DNA of 35,217 bases from an uncultured Oligoflexus sp. (GCA_964236955.1 CAXSGP010000048.1:1-35217); one strand, 5' to 3'. Shown: positions 8,406-18,209, numbered from the stretch's first letter. Numbers and translations are program-made. Notes: a model not told the origin generated them from the sequence alone.

Positions 8406-10751
8406 CTACTTATGCTTAAAGGTATAGACCCCATCCCAAGTGGCCCCAGGATTCTCCTCAAGATAATGCCCCACGCGATCCAGATAAAGGGAAGTCGCCT
8501 TATCATCAGGCTTCATAAACAAACACTTCCCAAAGCTATCCTGCGCCCCGAGCCAATCCTGAGCCTTATAAGCCCGGCGGCCGCTTTCAAAGTGAGCAAT
8601 AAACTCCCGTATCATCACCGGATTCGGAAAGAAATCCGGCCGCATCAGATGAAAGACCTTAACCGGTTCGTTTTTGCCCTTCACACGGATATCATCAAGA
8701 TCACGCGTAAAATATTTGCCCTGGGGCAGCAGCCTATGGGTAAACTCGCTAATCATGAGTTTGATCCCATATTCCTTCGTCAAACCTTCCAATCGGGCGC
8801 CAAGGTTCACCGAGTCGCCCATTACCGTGTAAGTAAAGCGTTCGCCCGAACCCATGTTGCCTACCGACATTGGACCTGAATTGAGACCAATTCCAATATC
8901 GATATCAGGTAAGCCCTTTTTCTTAAATTCAAGGCGCAACTTATCCAAGGCATAAAGCATCTCAATGGCCGCACCTGCCGCGACGTCGGCATGGTTCTCC
9001 ATTTCCAGGGGGGCGCCCCAAAAGGCCATGATCGCATCGCCTATATACTTATCGAGCACTCCTTTGCTCCTTAGAACGATGCCCGTCATCGGAGTAAAGT
9101 ACTCATTCATAAGTTCGGAAAGTTTTTCAGGACTGAGGGTTTCGGAAATTGTCGTAAAACCCCTTACATCTGAGAAGAACACGGTAAGCTCTTTACGCTG
9201 GCCGCCGAGCTTGAGTTTATCAGGGTTTTCCAGGACCTGATCAATAACCTCGGGCGAAAGGTAGTGCTGAAACGCACCTTTGACCTTTTTCTTCTCCTGC
9301 TCTTCGGTCATATATTTAAAGAGCGTGACAAGTGTGAACATGACCGACACTTCCAAACAGGGAATAGCCGTAAACGTCCAGATGCCTTTACCGAACCAAA
9401 TCGTTTTATCCAGATAATAGAAGCCCACAAAAAACGCTATAAGAAAGAGTCCAGAGACCACCGCCGGACTATAGATCAGCATAATGGTAAAGAGCAGTCC
9501 GGCACCGATGACGATCCTCCTCTCGGTGTTAAAGATCGAGGTGGGCCGCTGGTAGAAATCGCCTTTGATAATGTTATCCATGCCCGAGGCATGGTTCTCA
9601 ACGCCGTCGATCGCGGGATCAAACGGGCTGGGCCGCGTATCGTTGATACCCGTTGCCGTTGCCCCCATGAGCAGGGTAACGCCCTTCAGCGCTTTCCGCT
9701 CGGCGGGACTGAAAGTATCATTATAGGCATCAACAAAACTATAGTGATGAAAGGTCTGACTTGGACCCCGTGGGTTAACGAGAAGGCGGCCCTGGCCATT
9801 GGAGTCAATTGGAATTTCGATGGAATCGCTTTCATCGTCACGGTTTACCAAAGCCATGCTTTCGATACCCGTGTTATTAAAAAATATAAAGGGCTCACGG
9901 TTAAGCGATTCGGCAACGGTTTTCAAAGCCAAAGAAGGCATCAGGTGACCATCAACGTTGGCCACCAGCGTGAGCCAGCGATTGATCGCATCCTCATCCG
10001 CGTCGTTATTAAAAAAAGCAAAATTTGGACTGGCCTGGCTCAAAAAAGGTGTGTTGAGAGTAATGCCTTCGACACGGCGCAGGTTATAATCGCCAAGGGA
10101 TTTCCCCTTGGGCATGTCGATGCCTTGAATCTCCGATGTCAGAAGGCTATCGACATTCTCAAAACGGGGGCGGCTCCCCATATTGCGCGCGGCCTCCTCC
10201 TTGCCACCAAAGTAGAAGTAGCCCATCACAATGTTACCGAAGCTTTGCATACCGTTGAGAAAAGTCTGATCCGCCGGGCTTATGTCCCTAAGGCTCTGGA
10301 TTCCCTGCATGGATTCTTTGAAGACCTTTTTGTCGAAGGCGCCCGTGCTAAATGCCGCAAGCTCTTTCTCTACATCGGCGATGCTGGCTTTTTCCGCCTC
10401 GGCATAGATCGCGTCATAGCCGATCCATTTCACGCCGGCCTTCTTAAGATTGGCCAAAGCCTTGGCATAGTAGCGCCGTGAAATCGGCCATTCGCCAAAG
10501 TTTTTTATCGTTTTTTCATCAAGCGCCAAGATCCCGACCTTGCCCGTGGGTTTTTGTTTGCCACGCAGCCTGAGTTTGTAATCAAAGATCTTACTTTCTA
10601 TGGTATACAGCGTATCTTCTTTGCCCGTGGTAAACTTGAAATAATGCTGCATCAGCCATGTGTAACTCAGTCCCATAACCAAGGAACAGATGAGCAGGAT
10701 CGGCAATTTCTTCAGAAAGCGGCCCTGCCACCTGGCCCATAACTTTTTCAT
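8406..10751 (-). CDS. CHASE2-domain class III adenylate cyclase with C-terminal TPR-like tail
   Basis: N-terminal TM, CHASE2-like region (ILALDEKTI..GEWP, DGVENHA), three TMs, FSDVRGFT, DKYIGDAIMA, YTVMGDSVNLGARLE; Lys/Thr pair indicates ATP specificity. Alternative start 10772. Confidence 0.92.
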   Translation of the reverse strand: MKKLWARWQGRFLKKLPILLICSLVMGLSYTWLMQHYFKFTTGKEDTLYTIESKIFDYKLRLRGKQKPTGKVGILALDEKTIKNFGEWPISRRYYAKALANLKKAGVKWIGYDAIYAEAEKASIADVEKELAAFSTGAFDKKVFKESMQGIQSLRDISPADQTFLNGMQSFGNIVMGYFYFGGKEEAARNMGSRPRFENVDSLLTSEIQGIDMPKGKSLGDYNLRRVEGITLNTPFLSQASPNFAFFNNDADEDAINRWLTLVANVDGHLMPSLALKTVAESLNREPFIFFNNTGIESMALVNRDDESDSIEIPIDSNGQGRLLVNPRGPSQTFHHYSFVDAYNDTFSPAERKALKGVTLLMGATATGINDTRPSPFDPAIDGVENHASGMDNIIKGDFYQRPTSIFNTERRIVIGAGLLFTIMLIYSPAVVSGLFLIAFFVGFYYLDKTIWFGKGIWTFTAIPCLEVSVMFTLVTLFKYMTEEQEKKKVKGAFQHYLSPEVIDQVLENPDKLKLGGQRKELTVFFSDVRGFTTISETLSPEKLSELMNEYFTPMTGIVLRSKGVLDKYIGDAIMAFWGAPLEMENHADVAAGAAIEMLYALDKLRLEFKKKGLPDIDIGIGLNSGPMSVGNMGSGERFTYTVMGDSVNLGARLEGLTKEYGIKLMISEFTHRLLPQGKYFTRDLDDIRVKGKNEPVKVFHLMRPDFFPNPVMIREFIAHFESGRRAYKAQDWLGAQDSFGKCLFMKPDDKATSLYLDRVGHYLEENPGATWDGVYTFKHK

Positions 10752-10799
10752 ATAAAACGCCTCGAGAATCATAGAGAAATCGAACGGCTTCGAGAGGAT

Positions 10800-10826
10800 G
10801 AATCGGCAGAATAACTAAAAAGATTA
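10800..10826 (-). promoter_or_regulatory. Putative sigma28 (FliA)-type promoter for the adenylate cyclase
   Basis: TAAT-N15-GCCGATTC versus consensus TAAA-N15-GCCGATAA. Confidence 0.5.
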
Positions 10827-10842
10827 GGCAAGGAGTTTACCT

Positions 10843-11436
10843 ATGGATTACCGTCGTGAACCGATGATTGAGAGTGAACAGAGAAAGACCGCACCGACTT
10901 TGGCGGAATTTGCCAAAAAAAGCCAAATCACGGAAGACCGCGTGTGGGAACTCATCGAAGAGGGACAGGTGTCAGCCCGCTTTGTCAACGAAGCGATACT
11001 GATCATGCAGGACCTGCCGAGTCTTGATCTTCCCCCTACTTTGATGGTTCAGACCAAAGAACCCACTTTTGCGCCGGAAACTCGTGTTTTAGCCGCGGCA
11101 GATCCTGTCGTCTCCTTGCCCAAGGCAGCCCCTAAACTGCCTTCATTCCTTGAAAAATCATTTAAAAGCGTCGACAGCAAAGACCCCGATCCAGAATTTC
11201 AAAAGCTTGATATCGTTGATAATTCAGCCGAACTTTTGGCATTTGCGCAGGACGCCTTAAGTCACAATTGTGAACTGTCGAAGGAATTACTGGTGACCAA
11301 AAATGAAGTGATCAAGCTCAAGGACGAACGCATCGCCTTTTTAAGCGATCTTTTATCCCAAAGGGACCGTGAAATAAGAAGCCTTAACCGCAACCTTGAG
11401 GAACTGGCGACCCTCAGCAATTTTGAGGCGCGCTGA
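10843..11436 (+). CDS. Hypothetical protein with N-terminal MerR/excisionase-like HTH and C-terminal coiled coil (DUF3972-like architecture)
   Basis: TLAEFAKKSQITEDRVWELIEEGQVSA; heptad C-terminus KNEVIKLKDERIAFLSDLL...; AAGGAG RBS. Confidence 0.6.
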   Translation: MDYRREPMIESEQRKTAPTLAEFAKKSQITEDRVWELIEEGQVSARFVNEAILIMQDLPSLDLPPTLMVQTKEPTFAPETRVLAAADPVVSLPKAAPKLPSFLEKSFKSVDSKDPDPEFQKLDIVDNSAELLAFAQDALSHNCELSKELLVTKNEVIKLKDERIAFLSDLLSQRDREIRSLNRNLEELATLSNFEAR

Positions 11437-11488
11437 AGCCAAGACGGAGAAGGACAGAAATGGATTTGCCATTGGGGAAGAGTGCAAA

Positions 11489-12715
11489 ATGTTAAGATTT
11501 CATCTCATAGCGTTAGCCTGGTTGGCAGCAGGAATTCTCCTCTTCCCCAGATACGCGAAGGCGCAGGAAATACCTGAATCCTTCACTCCGATCCGGCCTC
11601 AAGGCATGGGCGGGGCGTTTACAGCTGTCGCCAATGATGAAAATGCCGTCTGGACCAATCCCGCTGGCTTGGCCCGCGGCCGCAAACCCAGAAGTCGCGG
11701 CGCAGTAAATCTTATCAAAGCGCCCAATATAATCGTCGGCGCTAACGCGGCGAGCCGGGAGTTCATCAATGGTGTCAACACCAGCTCAAACACCGGCCTT
11801 GCCGTGGTCAGCGACAAGGCCGACAAACTCAGCGAAAAACCCTTTTGGGCAACGACAGCTGTCTTTCCTCTCGCCATGTTCGATGCGGGCGGCGCACCTT
11901 CGATCGCCGGCGCTTATTCTGCTACCACGATTCAATCCGTCATCGACGAGGACAGCCGCGACCTGGCCAAGACCAGCGCTGTCACGGATTTGGGCGCACT
12001 TTATGGTCTAGCCTTGACCGATAAAAACCACAGCCTCAGCCTTGGCCTCGTCGGTCGTTACGTGGCACGCTATGCTTACGAAGACAAAATTCCGCTGGCG
12101 TCTTTGAAAGTCCCGAACGACCTGCAGACCCGTATCAAAGCCGGGTCAAACCGTTCCACAGCTCTGGCGGTCGATGCTGGCGTCATGTGGACCGTGGCTG
12201 ACTTTTGGTTTCCCACTATCGGTCTTTCCATGCTCAACGCGCCGATCGGCTGTAAGGACGGCTACCTCAACCCCTTCAGCAAAAAGCGTGAGAAGGTCTG
12301 TGGGACGGTATTTCATGGGGAATTTGAAAATCCTGAGGCCATCTCCACCGTCGATCCTAGCGATCTCCGGTTCGGATTATCGATTACGCCCCGCTTTTCC
12401 AGTAAACTGGCGGCACGTGTGGCCCTCGATCTCCATCACCTTCCCGTGACGGTCGGCGATTCTCACTTTGGCTTGGACGGCATAGAGCCCATCAAACAAC
12501 TGCACGCCGGCATCGAAGTCTTTGTCGGCAACCCACTGGAACGTTCGCCTTTAACCGTGGCCATGGGCCTAAGCCAAGGTTACTTCACGTTTGGCACAAC
12601 GGTAGAGGTTGGTGTCTTCGCCCTCGAATTTTCCACTTATGGCCGGGATATCTCCAGTACTTCCACCTCCCGGGAAGACCGCCGCATGCTCGCCGGGCTT
12701 TCCTTGGATTTTTAA
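11489..12715 (+). CDS. Outer-membrane beta-barrel of FadL/PorV/TraF_2-like type
   Basis: Signal peptide from ATG 11489; plug motif IRPQGMGGAFTAVANDENAVWTNPAGL; C-terminus GLSLDF. Confidence 0.75.
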   Translation: MLRFHLIALAWLAAGILLFPRYAKAQEIPESFTPIRPQGMGGAFTAVANDENAVWTNPAGLARGRKPRSRGAVNLIKAPNIIVGANAASREFINGVNTSSNTGLAVVSDKADKLSEKPFWATTAVFPLAMFDAGGAPSIAGAYSATTIQSVIDEDSRDLAKTSAVTDLGALYGLALTDKNHSLSLGLVGRYVARYAYEDKIPLASLKVPNDLQTRIKAGSNRSTALAVDAGVMWTVADFWFPTIGLSMLNAPIGCKDGYLNPFSKKREKVCGTVFHGEFENPEAISTVDPSDLRFGLSITPRFSSKLAARVALDLHHLPVTVGDSHFGLDGIEPIKQLHAGIEVFVGNPLERSPLTVAMGLSQGYFTFGTTVEVGVFALEFSTYGRDISSTSTSREDRRMLAGLSLDF

Positions 12716-12798
12716 GGCCCCCATCTGGGAGGAAAATCCTGGCGTACTCCATCCTTCTCCTGGGAACTTTCCTAAAAATCCGCTAGCATGTGATCCAC

Positions 12799-12836
12799 AG
12801 GATGCCCTGCCGTTATCAGCAAGGAGCATCCTTTTT
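12799..12836 (+). terminator. Possible intrinsic terminator
   Basis: AGGATGC-CCTGC...GCAAGG-A-GCATCCT stem followed by TTTT. Confidence 0.45.
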
Positions 12837-12926
12837 GCACACCCTAATCTTCACGGATTTCAGATCCGCGTGAGTTCAACTATCATCCAGCCCTGCCCGG
12901 AGTGGGCTATGCAAAGGATTCTTGAG

Positions 12927-14033
12927 ATGCGATCTCGTTTTTCCAAAGCTTTATTAATAGGCCTTCTTTCCAGCAGCACTGCTTGCGTTACGAGTCCGAA
13001 GCGTCGTATAAGACCACCGGTCCAGCAACCCCTGGAAAAAGAAGGGCAGAAGGTACCAAGCTCTGCCGTGAATGCCGCACCTGGCGCGAGCCCCGCCACA
13101 CCACCTCCTGGTCCGACGCCAGCCGCCCAGGCCGATCTCGTAAGTCTTTGGGGCCGTACCAACACTCTGTCCGTGCCCATGGCCGACGACGATCTTATGC
13201 GGGCGACTCAGCTCTATCCCGCGCGAGCCGCTTCGCTTGAAGAAGCTATATTTGTCGTAACGCAAATGCGTATTCTGCAAAAAGACTGGGAGCGCCGCGC
13301 CAGCTTTCAAACTCAGGACCTGCATACCAATCAAACCGCCGATAACACGGGCGGCCTCTCACTGGAACGCACCTTTAAAGATCTTGAAGTCGATCTCGCG
13401 AGCGCTATCCGCAATAATCCGGCGCTCAAAAACCACGACAGCCTCATGCTGACGAAACTCCTGCTCGCTCACACCAAAAACAGCGATGCCTTCCGGGTGA
13501 ACCTGAACGCAGCTATCAAAGAGCGCGGCAGCGAATGGGCCGATGTGATGGCAGACGCTGTCCCAGCCGTCGGCTCGACTCCGGCCGCGCCTGCCGCCTC
13601 GGCTCCGGCCACCGATACCAGCCTTCTGCCGGCGGCTCCGGTCGCTGATCCTAATTCCGCCCTGGATCTCATGGGCAGCGATACGCTCTTGATCGCAGCG
13701 CAAAAACTCGCGGACAAGCGCGATTTCAAAGGCGCTCTCGATCATGTGAACCGCATCAAAAAAGAAGATCCCTTCTATGCCCAGGCCCAGGAAAAGCAAA
13801 AACTGTTCAGCAATAGAGCGGTCAAGGACTTGCGCCAGAAGGCAGCTGAGGCTTTCTCCAACGCCACGCCTTTAAACGATAACAAGGCTAAAGCCAACTA
13901 TTTGAAACAAGCCAAGAATTATTTGGAACAAGCTCTTAAGGATTTCCCTCTTTCTGATCAGCTGGCGACGGTTCGCGAGAACCTTGAAGCCGTTAATCAT
14001 GATTTGGAATCTCTCGACAAGAGCGGAACATAA
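12927..14033 (+). CDS. Lipoprotein with Pro/Ala-rich linkers and C-terminal TPR-like helices
   Basis: MRSRFSKALLIGLLSSSTAC lipobox; helical C-terminus (LIAAQKLADKRDFKGAL, AKNYLEQALKDFP). Alternative start 12909. Confidence 0.7.
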   Translation: MRSRFSKALLIGLLSSSTACVTSPKRRIRPPVQQPLEKEGQKVPSSAVNAAPGASPATPPPGPTPAAQADLVSLWGRTNTLSVPMADDDLMRATQLYPARAASLEEAIFVVTQMRILQKDWERRASFQTQDLHTNQTADNTGGLSLERTFKDLEVDLASAIRNNPALKNHDSLMLTKLLLAHTKNSDAFRVNLNAAIKERGSEWADVMADAVPAVGSTPAAPAASAPATDTSLLPAAPVADPNSALDLMGSDTLLIAAQKLADKRDFKGALDHVNRIKKEDPFYAQAQEKQKLFSNRAVKDLRQKAAEAFSNATPLNDNKAKANYLKQAKNYLEQALKDFPLSDQLATVRENLEAVNHDLESLDKSGT

Positions 14034-14043
14034 TAGGCCCAAA

Positions 14044-16056
14044 ATGCTCGCCATTGAAAATCTATACAAGAACTTCGGCTCCCGGACCGTGCTCGACCAG
14101 GTGAACTATCGTTTCCCCGACGGGGAAAAGATCGCACTGGTCGGCTCTAACGGGGCTGGCAAAACCACTCTGCTCAACATACTCTGCGGCCTGGAAACGA
14201 TCGATGGCGGTCGTATCCTGAGCTCGCAGGGACTCAAGCTCGGCTATCTTCCTCAAGAGCCCGAGTCCAATCCGGCCGCGACCGTGCTTGAAGAATGTGT
14301 CGCGGGTCACCGGACTCTGTCGGTGCTTAAAAATTCCATGGATGAAGAACTTCAACATTTGGAAACCGACAGCTCCGATGAGCGGATATCGGCCTTTGAA
14401 AAAGCGGAGAGCCTTTATCGTCAGGCCGGCGGTTACAGCCTTGATTCGAGGGCCAGCTCCATTCTTGGAGGCCTTGGTTTTAGCGATGAAACCTGCGCTG
14501 CGGACCCGCGTTCTTTGTCGGGCGGCTGGCGCATGCGCCTTGAACTTGCCAAAGTCTTTCTCAACGAACCCGATGTTTTGATTCTCGATGAACCGACCAA
14601 CCATTTGGATCTTCCCAGTCTGGTATGGGTCGAGCGTTACCTGCAAAGTTTTCGTGGGACCTTACTCTTCGTCAGCCACGATCGAGCCTTGCTCAATCGC
14701 CTCGCCAGCATGACCCTTTACCTGAGTCATGGTGAACTGAGACCTTACAAGGGCAATTTTGATGCAATGCTTGAGCAGCGGGCGATCGAGGCCGAACAGC
14801 TCGACGCCCGTCGCGCCAACCTGGAAACCCAGCGGGAACATCTTGAATCCTTCGTCGAACGCTTCGGAGCCAAAGCCTCCAAGGCCAGCCAGGCCCAATC
14901 GAAGGCCAAACAGATCGAACGCATACGCGCCCTGGAAAATGATATCCGTGTGGTAAGCAGTGAGCAGAGCCTGGTCTTCAAGTTGCCGCCGGCACCGCCC
15001 TCGGGCCGTGAGATTCTCAAAGTCAAAGACCTGAGCATAGGCTATAAAACCACGCTTGCGACCGGCATTCAGCTCCTCGTAGAAAAGCACGCCCGAATCG
15101 CCATCATCGGCAGTAACGGTATTGGCAAGTCGACCTTCCTCAAAACGATCGCCGGACAGATCGCAGCGCAGGCCGGCAGCTTTGAATTCGGTTACAACGT
15201 CAAGCCGGCATATTTTGCCCAGAATCAGGAAGAAACGCTACGCTTTGAAGACACGATCCTTGCGAACGTTTTGGAAGTGCGAAGTGATTTGGGAGAAAAA
15301 GACGCGCGGCGGATTCTCGGTTCGTTTCTCTTTAGCGGTGACGACGTCTTCAAACCGATCAAGGTCCTGTCAGGGGGCGAGAAGGCCCGAGTCGCCCTCT
15401 GCCGCTCACTCCTGCAGCAGGCCAACTTCCTCGTCCTCGATGAGCCTACCAACCATTTGGATATGACCTCAGTCGAAATCTTAATCGAAGGCATGAGGAG
15501 CTACGACGGAACACTGCTCTTTGTGAGCCATGATCGAAACTTCATCGACTCCCTGGCCACCCATATCTTCGTCATGCTTCCCGATGGCCGTTCGGCTTTG
15601 TTCCATGGTCAGCTCGATGACTATCAAAGCATGGCCGCCAAACTTAATTTCCCGAACGTGCTGGCGCCCAGCAAGGAGATGAGCAAAGGCTCGACGGCGG
15701 CCAGGGATAAGGCGCGGGAAAAAGAAGAGAAGCAAAAAGAACTGGAAAAGGAAAAAGCCAGCGCGCCCGTCGTCAACGAGGAGGAAGTCAAAGCGCTCAA
15801 GCGGGACCGGGCTCGCCTGCAAAAGCTGATCGAAAAGCTAGAAAAAGACCAGGGCCCCCTGAAGAATAATATTCAAAAGCTCGAGGACAAACTCTCCAAG
15901 GTCAATCCTTCCGCTTATTCCGAAGCACAAAAGCTTCATGAAGAAGCCCGTAGGGTCCAGACTCAACTCGACAGCAACGAAGAGGAATGGTTAAGGGCTG
16001 CGGCTGATCTGGAAGCTGTCGAAGGCAAGCTGCAAAACATGGGTCGCCTGCGTTGA
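14044..16056 (+). CDS. ABC-F family ribosome-associated ATPase (YheS/Uup-like)
   Basis: Two NBDs (GSNGAGKTT/LSGGWRMR/LDEPTNHLD and GSNGIGKST/LSGGEKAR/LDEPTNHLD), KASKASQAQSK linker, C-terminal coiled coil, no TM segments. Confidence 0.93.
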   Translation: MLAIENLYKNFGSRTVLDQVNYRFPDGEKIALVGSNGAGKTTLLNILCGLETIDGGRILSSQGLKLGYLPQEPESNPAATVLEECVAGHRTLSVLKNSMDEELQHLETDSSDERISAFEKAESLYRQAGGYSLDSRASSILGGLGFSDETCAADPRSLSGGWRMRLELAKVFLNEPDVLILDEPTNHLDLPSLVWVERYLQSFRGTLLFVSHDRALLNRLASMTLYLSHGELRPYKGNFDAMLEQRAIEAEQLDARRANLETQREHLESFVERFGAKASKASQAQSKAKQIERIRALENDIRVVSSEQSLVFKLPPAPPSGREILKVKDLSIGYKTTLATGIQLLVEKHARIAIIGSNGIGKSTFLKTIAGQIAAQAGSFEFGYNVKPAYFAQNQEETLRFEDTILANVLEVRSDLGEKDARRILGSFLFSGDDVFKPIKVLSGGEKARVALCRSLLQQANFLVLDEPTNHLDMTSVEILIEGMRSYDGTLLFVSHDRNFIDSLATHIFVMLPDGRSALFHGQLDDYQSMAAKLNFPNVLAPSKEMSKGSTAARDKAREKEEKQKELEKEKASAPVVNEEEVKALKRDRARLQKLIEKLEKDQGPLKNNIQKLEDKLSKVNPSAYSEAQKLHEEARRVQTQLDSNEEEWLRAAADLEAVEGKLQNMGRLR

Positions 16057-16105
16057 GGCTACACTTTAGTACCTCGTCCAAAATAACTCTCACGTGGAAT
16101 AAGAC

Positions 16106-17665
16106 ATGCCCGTCTCCCTAAAACATATGATGCTTGCGACCTTTTTATTGGTGACTTGCAATAAAGCAATGGCCAACGAAGCAACGTCCGCAGCAAAGAT
16201 CGAAACAGTAAAAATCCAGATTTCCAATTCAGGAATCAAGCCATGGCTGAGTTTTACCGATGGAGATGCGCGCACCTCGTTCAATACTGCTGTGCATGGC
16301 CAGGCCCTTTATTTCACACCGGATATGAATATCCATCCCGGCTACATCAAGTCGTGGAAATGGGATTTTAAAGATAAGAAATATGTTTTCAAAATTGATA
16401 CTAGCCAGAAGTACAGCAACGGCAAGGCCATTAGCGCCGCGGATTTTGAGTTCGTTCTTATAAAACCTTTCATCAGTCCGATTGCTGGGATATTGGAAAC
16501 GATCCCGCTGAGTTTCATACTTGGCACGGAAAAGCTCAAAAAGGGCATGAAATACCAAGGTGGAATGGTAGAAGGAATAAAGGTCATCGGCAATGATGAA
16601 GTTCATGTCAAACTCAAAAGCGGTCATTCGCGCTTTCTCTACGCTTTGGGACCTGTGCTGCCGCCACTGGCCCCAAAAGATAGCTTTCAGGATGATCTCT
16701 ATACGTTCAAAGGCTTGCCTATCGGGTCAGGCCCTTACAAAGTCGTCTACTCCGACCCGCAGTCCAGCATGGTCCGAATTCAACGCGTGGCACCCGGAAA
16801 AAGCGTAGAGTTTATTGAGTTTTATTCGGATAAGCTCGGCTGGGAAAACAAAGTGGATCTAGCTTTGGGCGGTGGCGTCTCGCATATGAAGGATTTTATG
16901 AAAGATCATTCCGGCGCCTATCGTCGGATCGTCAGCTCACTACCAAACAGCATCGAAGTCTTGGAATTTAATTTCCAAACCGAAGCTGGAAGTTCTCAAA
17001 ATTTTCGAGAAGCCGTTGCACTGGCTCTCGACAAGGAACAAGAAATTCCTGGATTTCCCGCTAAAAAAGGCACCGATCAAATTATTCTAGACATAAGCAG
17101 TGGTTTTCAGAAAATCCCGAAGAGGTATAATCTTAGCAAGGCTAAGGAGATTTTTAATAGTCTTCCGCAAGACGTAAAAAATCGTACCCATAAACTCATC
17201 TGTCACGGTCTTCCCAACGGCAATGCCGGCAATTACTATCGTTGGGTGAAAGACAGCCTCACCTCTATCGGCATGAAAATTGACCTTAGCTTGGCCGAGG
17301 ATATGGACATAAAGGAAGGCAACAAAGATACGACAATGATTGTCTTTGGTCGTTACGTTGACAGTAACCCTCTGGCTTCGTTTGCTTATTACCTTCCGGA
17401 AGCCTCGCCTAAGACACTCAAGAAAGATGATGAATACAGCACGCTCTTCGTCAAGGCAGAGAACGCGGAATCCATGGAAGAACGGTCGGCCTTGATCAAG
17501 CAACTTTCGATGCATCTACAAGATCGCAGCATCGTCGTGCCTCTGCATCAGAATTACCCGATCTACTATGTTAGCCCTCGGTTGAAATCGATTGGAGTTG
17601 GCGAAAAAGCTTGGACTCTGAACGTCAGCGAAATCGAGATGGAGACACCGCTTGCCACGAAGTAG
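16106..17665 (+). CDS. Family 5 (Opp/Dpp-like) ABC substrate-binding protein, orphan
   Basis: Signal peptide; KYSNGKAISAADFEF, PIGSGPYKV, NFREAVALALDK, IVVPL motifs; no permease nearby. Confidence 0.8.
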   Translation: MPVSLKHMMLATFLLVTCNKAMANEATSAAKIETVKIQISNSGIKPWLSFTDGDARTSFNTAVHGQALYFTPDMNIHPGYIKSWKWDFKDKKYVFKIDTSQKYSNGKAISAADFEFVLIKPFISPIAGILETIPLSFILGTEKLKKGMKYQGGMVEGIKVIGNDEVHVKLKSGHSRFLYALGPVLPPLAPKDSFQDDLYTFKGLPIGSGPYKVVYSDPQSSMVRIQRVAPGKSVEFIEFYSDKLGWENKVDLALGGGVSHMKDFMKDHSGAYRRIVSSLPNSIEVLEFNFQTEAGSSQNFREAVALALDKEQEIPGFPAKKGTDQIILDISSGFQKIPKRYNLSKAKEIFNSLPQDVKNRTHKLICHGLPNGNAGNYYRWVKDSLTSIGMKIDLSLAEDMDIKEGNKDTTMIVFGRYVDSNPLASFAYYLPEASPKTLKKDDEYSTLFVKAENAESMEERSALIKQLSMHLQDRSIVVPLHQNYPIYYVSPRLKSIGVGEKAWTLNVSEIEMETPLATK

Positions 17666-17738
17666 AGGATCGTGGATCCTTCACGAACTTGGTGCACAAA
17701 AGGTTTTGCGCTGTGGAGATGTATTCTTCAGGGCCTGC

Positions 17739-17892
17739 GTGATCGACCGTCACCCCTAATGGGGCGAGGCTTCTAAGACAGAATTCGAAGGCAAATCCTT
17801 TGAACTTTGTCTCTTTTTTTTGACGCTTCATTGCCGCTCGCGCTATGAACTTTCGTTCGTTGCGTCTTAGTTATGGCTCCACGCCCAGTGCC
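17739..17892 (-). ncRNA. Putative TnpB omegaRNA (reRNA) scaffold without tnpB
   Basis: - strand reads GGGCGTGGAG...TAAGAC...ATGAAGCGTCAA...GAAGCCTCGCCCCATTAGGGGTGACGGTCGATCAC, with nested stems and a GAAA tetraloop; ~154 nt. Confidence 0.65.
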
Positions 17893-17898
17893 GGAGAG

Positions 17899-18207
17899 AA
17901 AGAAGTCCTTTCCGAAACAATGAAACAAATGGATGGCGAGCTTTTGGAGTTCGGAGGAGAGGACGACCACGTTCATCTTCTTGTCGCTTGCCACCCAAAG
18001 ACAGCCCTATCTAACCTTGTCGGTAAACTTAAGGGTAGGTCAAGTTATGTTCTTCGCCAAGAACTTCGGCCCGAGATAAGGAGAAAGCTCTGGGGAGAAC
18101 ATTTTTGGAGCCCAAGCTTTTGCGTGATATCTTGCGGTGGTGCTCCTTTAGAAATCATCCGAGCATACGTCGAGAACCAAAGAAAACCATCGGAAAAAAT
18201 CAGGTAG
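17899..18207 (+). pseudogene. tnpA: 5'-truncated IS200/IS605 Y1 transposase
   Basis: GEDDHVHLL (HUH), LVGKLKGRSS, FWSPSFCVISCGGAPLEIIRAYVENQ (catalytic Tyr); the usual N-terminal HLVFVTKYR strand is absent. Confidence 0.88.
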
Positions 18208-18209
18208 AT

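Larger units (their letters stand above)
17739..18207. mobile_element. Internally deleted IS200/IS605-family element (right end + omegaRNA-like region + 3' tnpA)
   Basis: Subterminal hairpin 17747-17769 and TCAC terminus on the - strand; tnpA fragment on the + strand; no tnpB ORF; no left-end hairpin seen after tnpA. Confidence 0.8.

Noticed and set aside
9264..10481. 405-aa + strand ORF and other long antisense ORFs (e.g. 34314-35072, 14062-14646, 8343-8879)
   Set aside because: They are shadows of well-supported genes on the opposite strand and carry no motifs.
11489..12715. Conjugation system implied by TraF-like similarity
   Set aside because: No other tra/virB, relaxase or coupling-protein genes; the motif is shared by many outer-membrane barrels.
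12609..12926. N-terminal extension of the 474-aa ORF
   Set aside because: It overlaps the barrel gene and a hairpin-rich spacer; the lipoprotein signal begins at 12909/12927.
14044..16056. Antibiotic-resistance ABC-F
   Set aside because: Architecture and context fit housekeeping YheS/Uup-like proteins; nothing specific supports resistance.
18105..18209. 5' part of the 109-aa ORF
   Set aside because: It is an alternative frame of tnpA; the plausible gene begins at ATG 18210.
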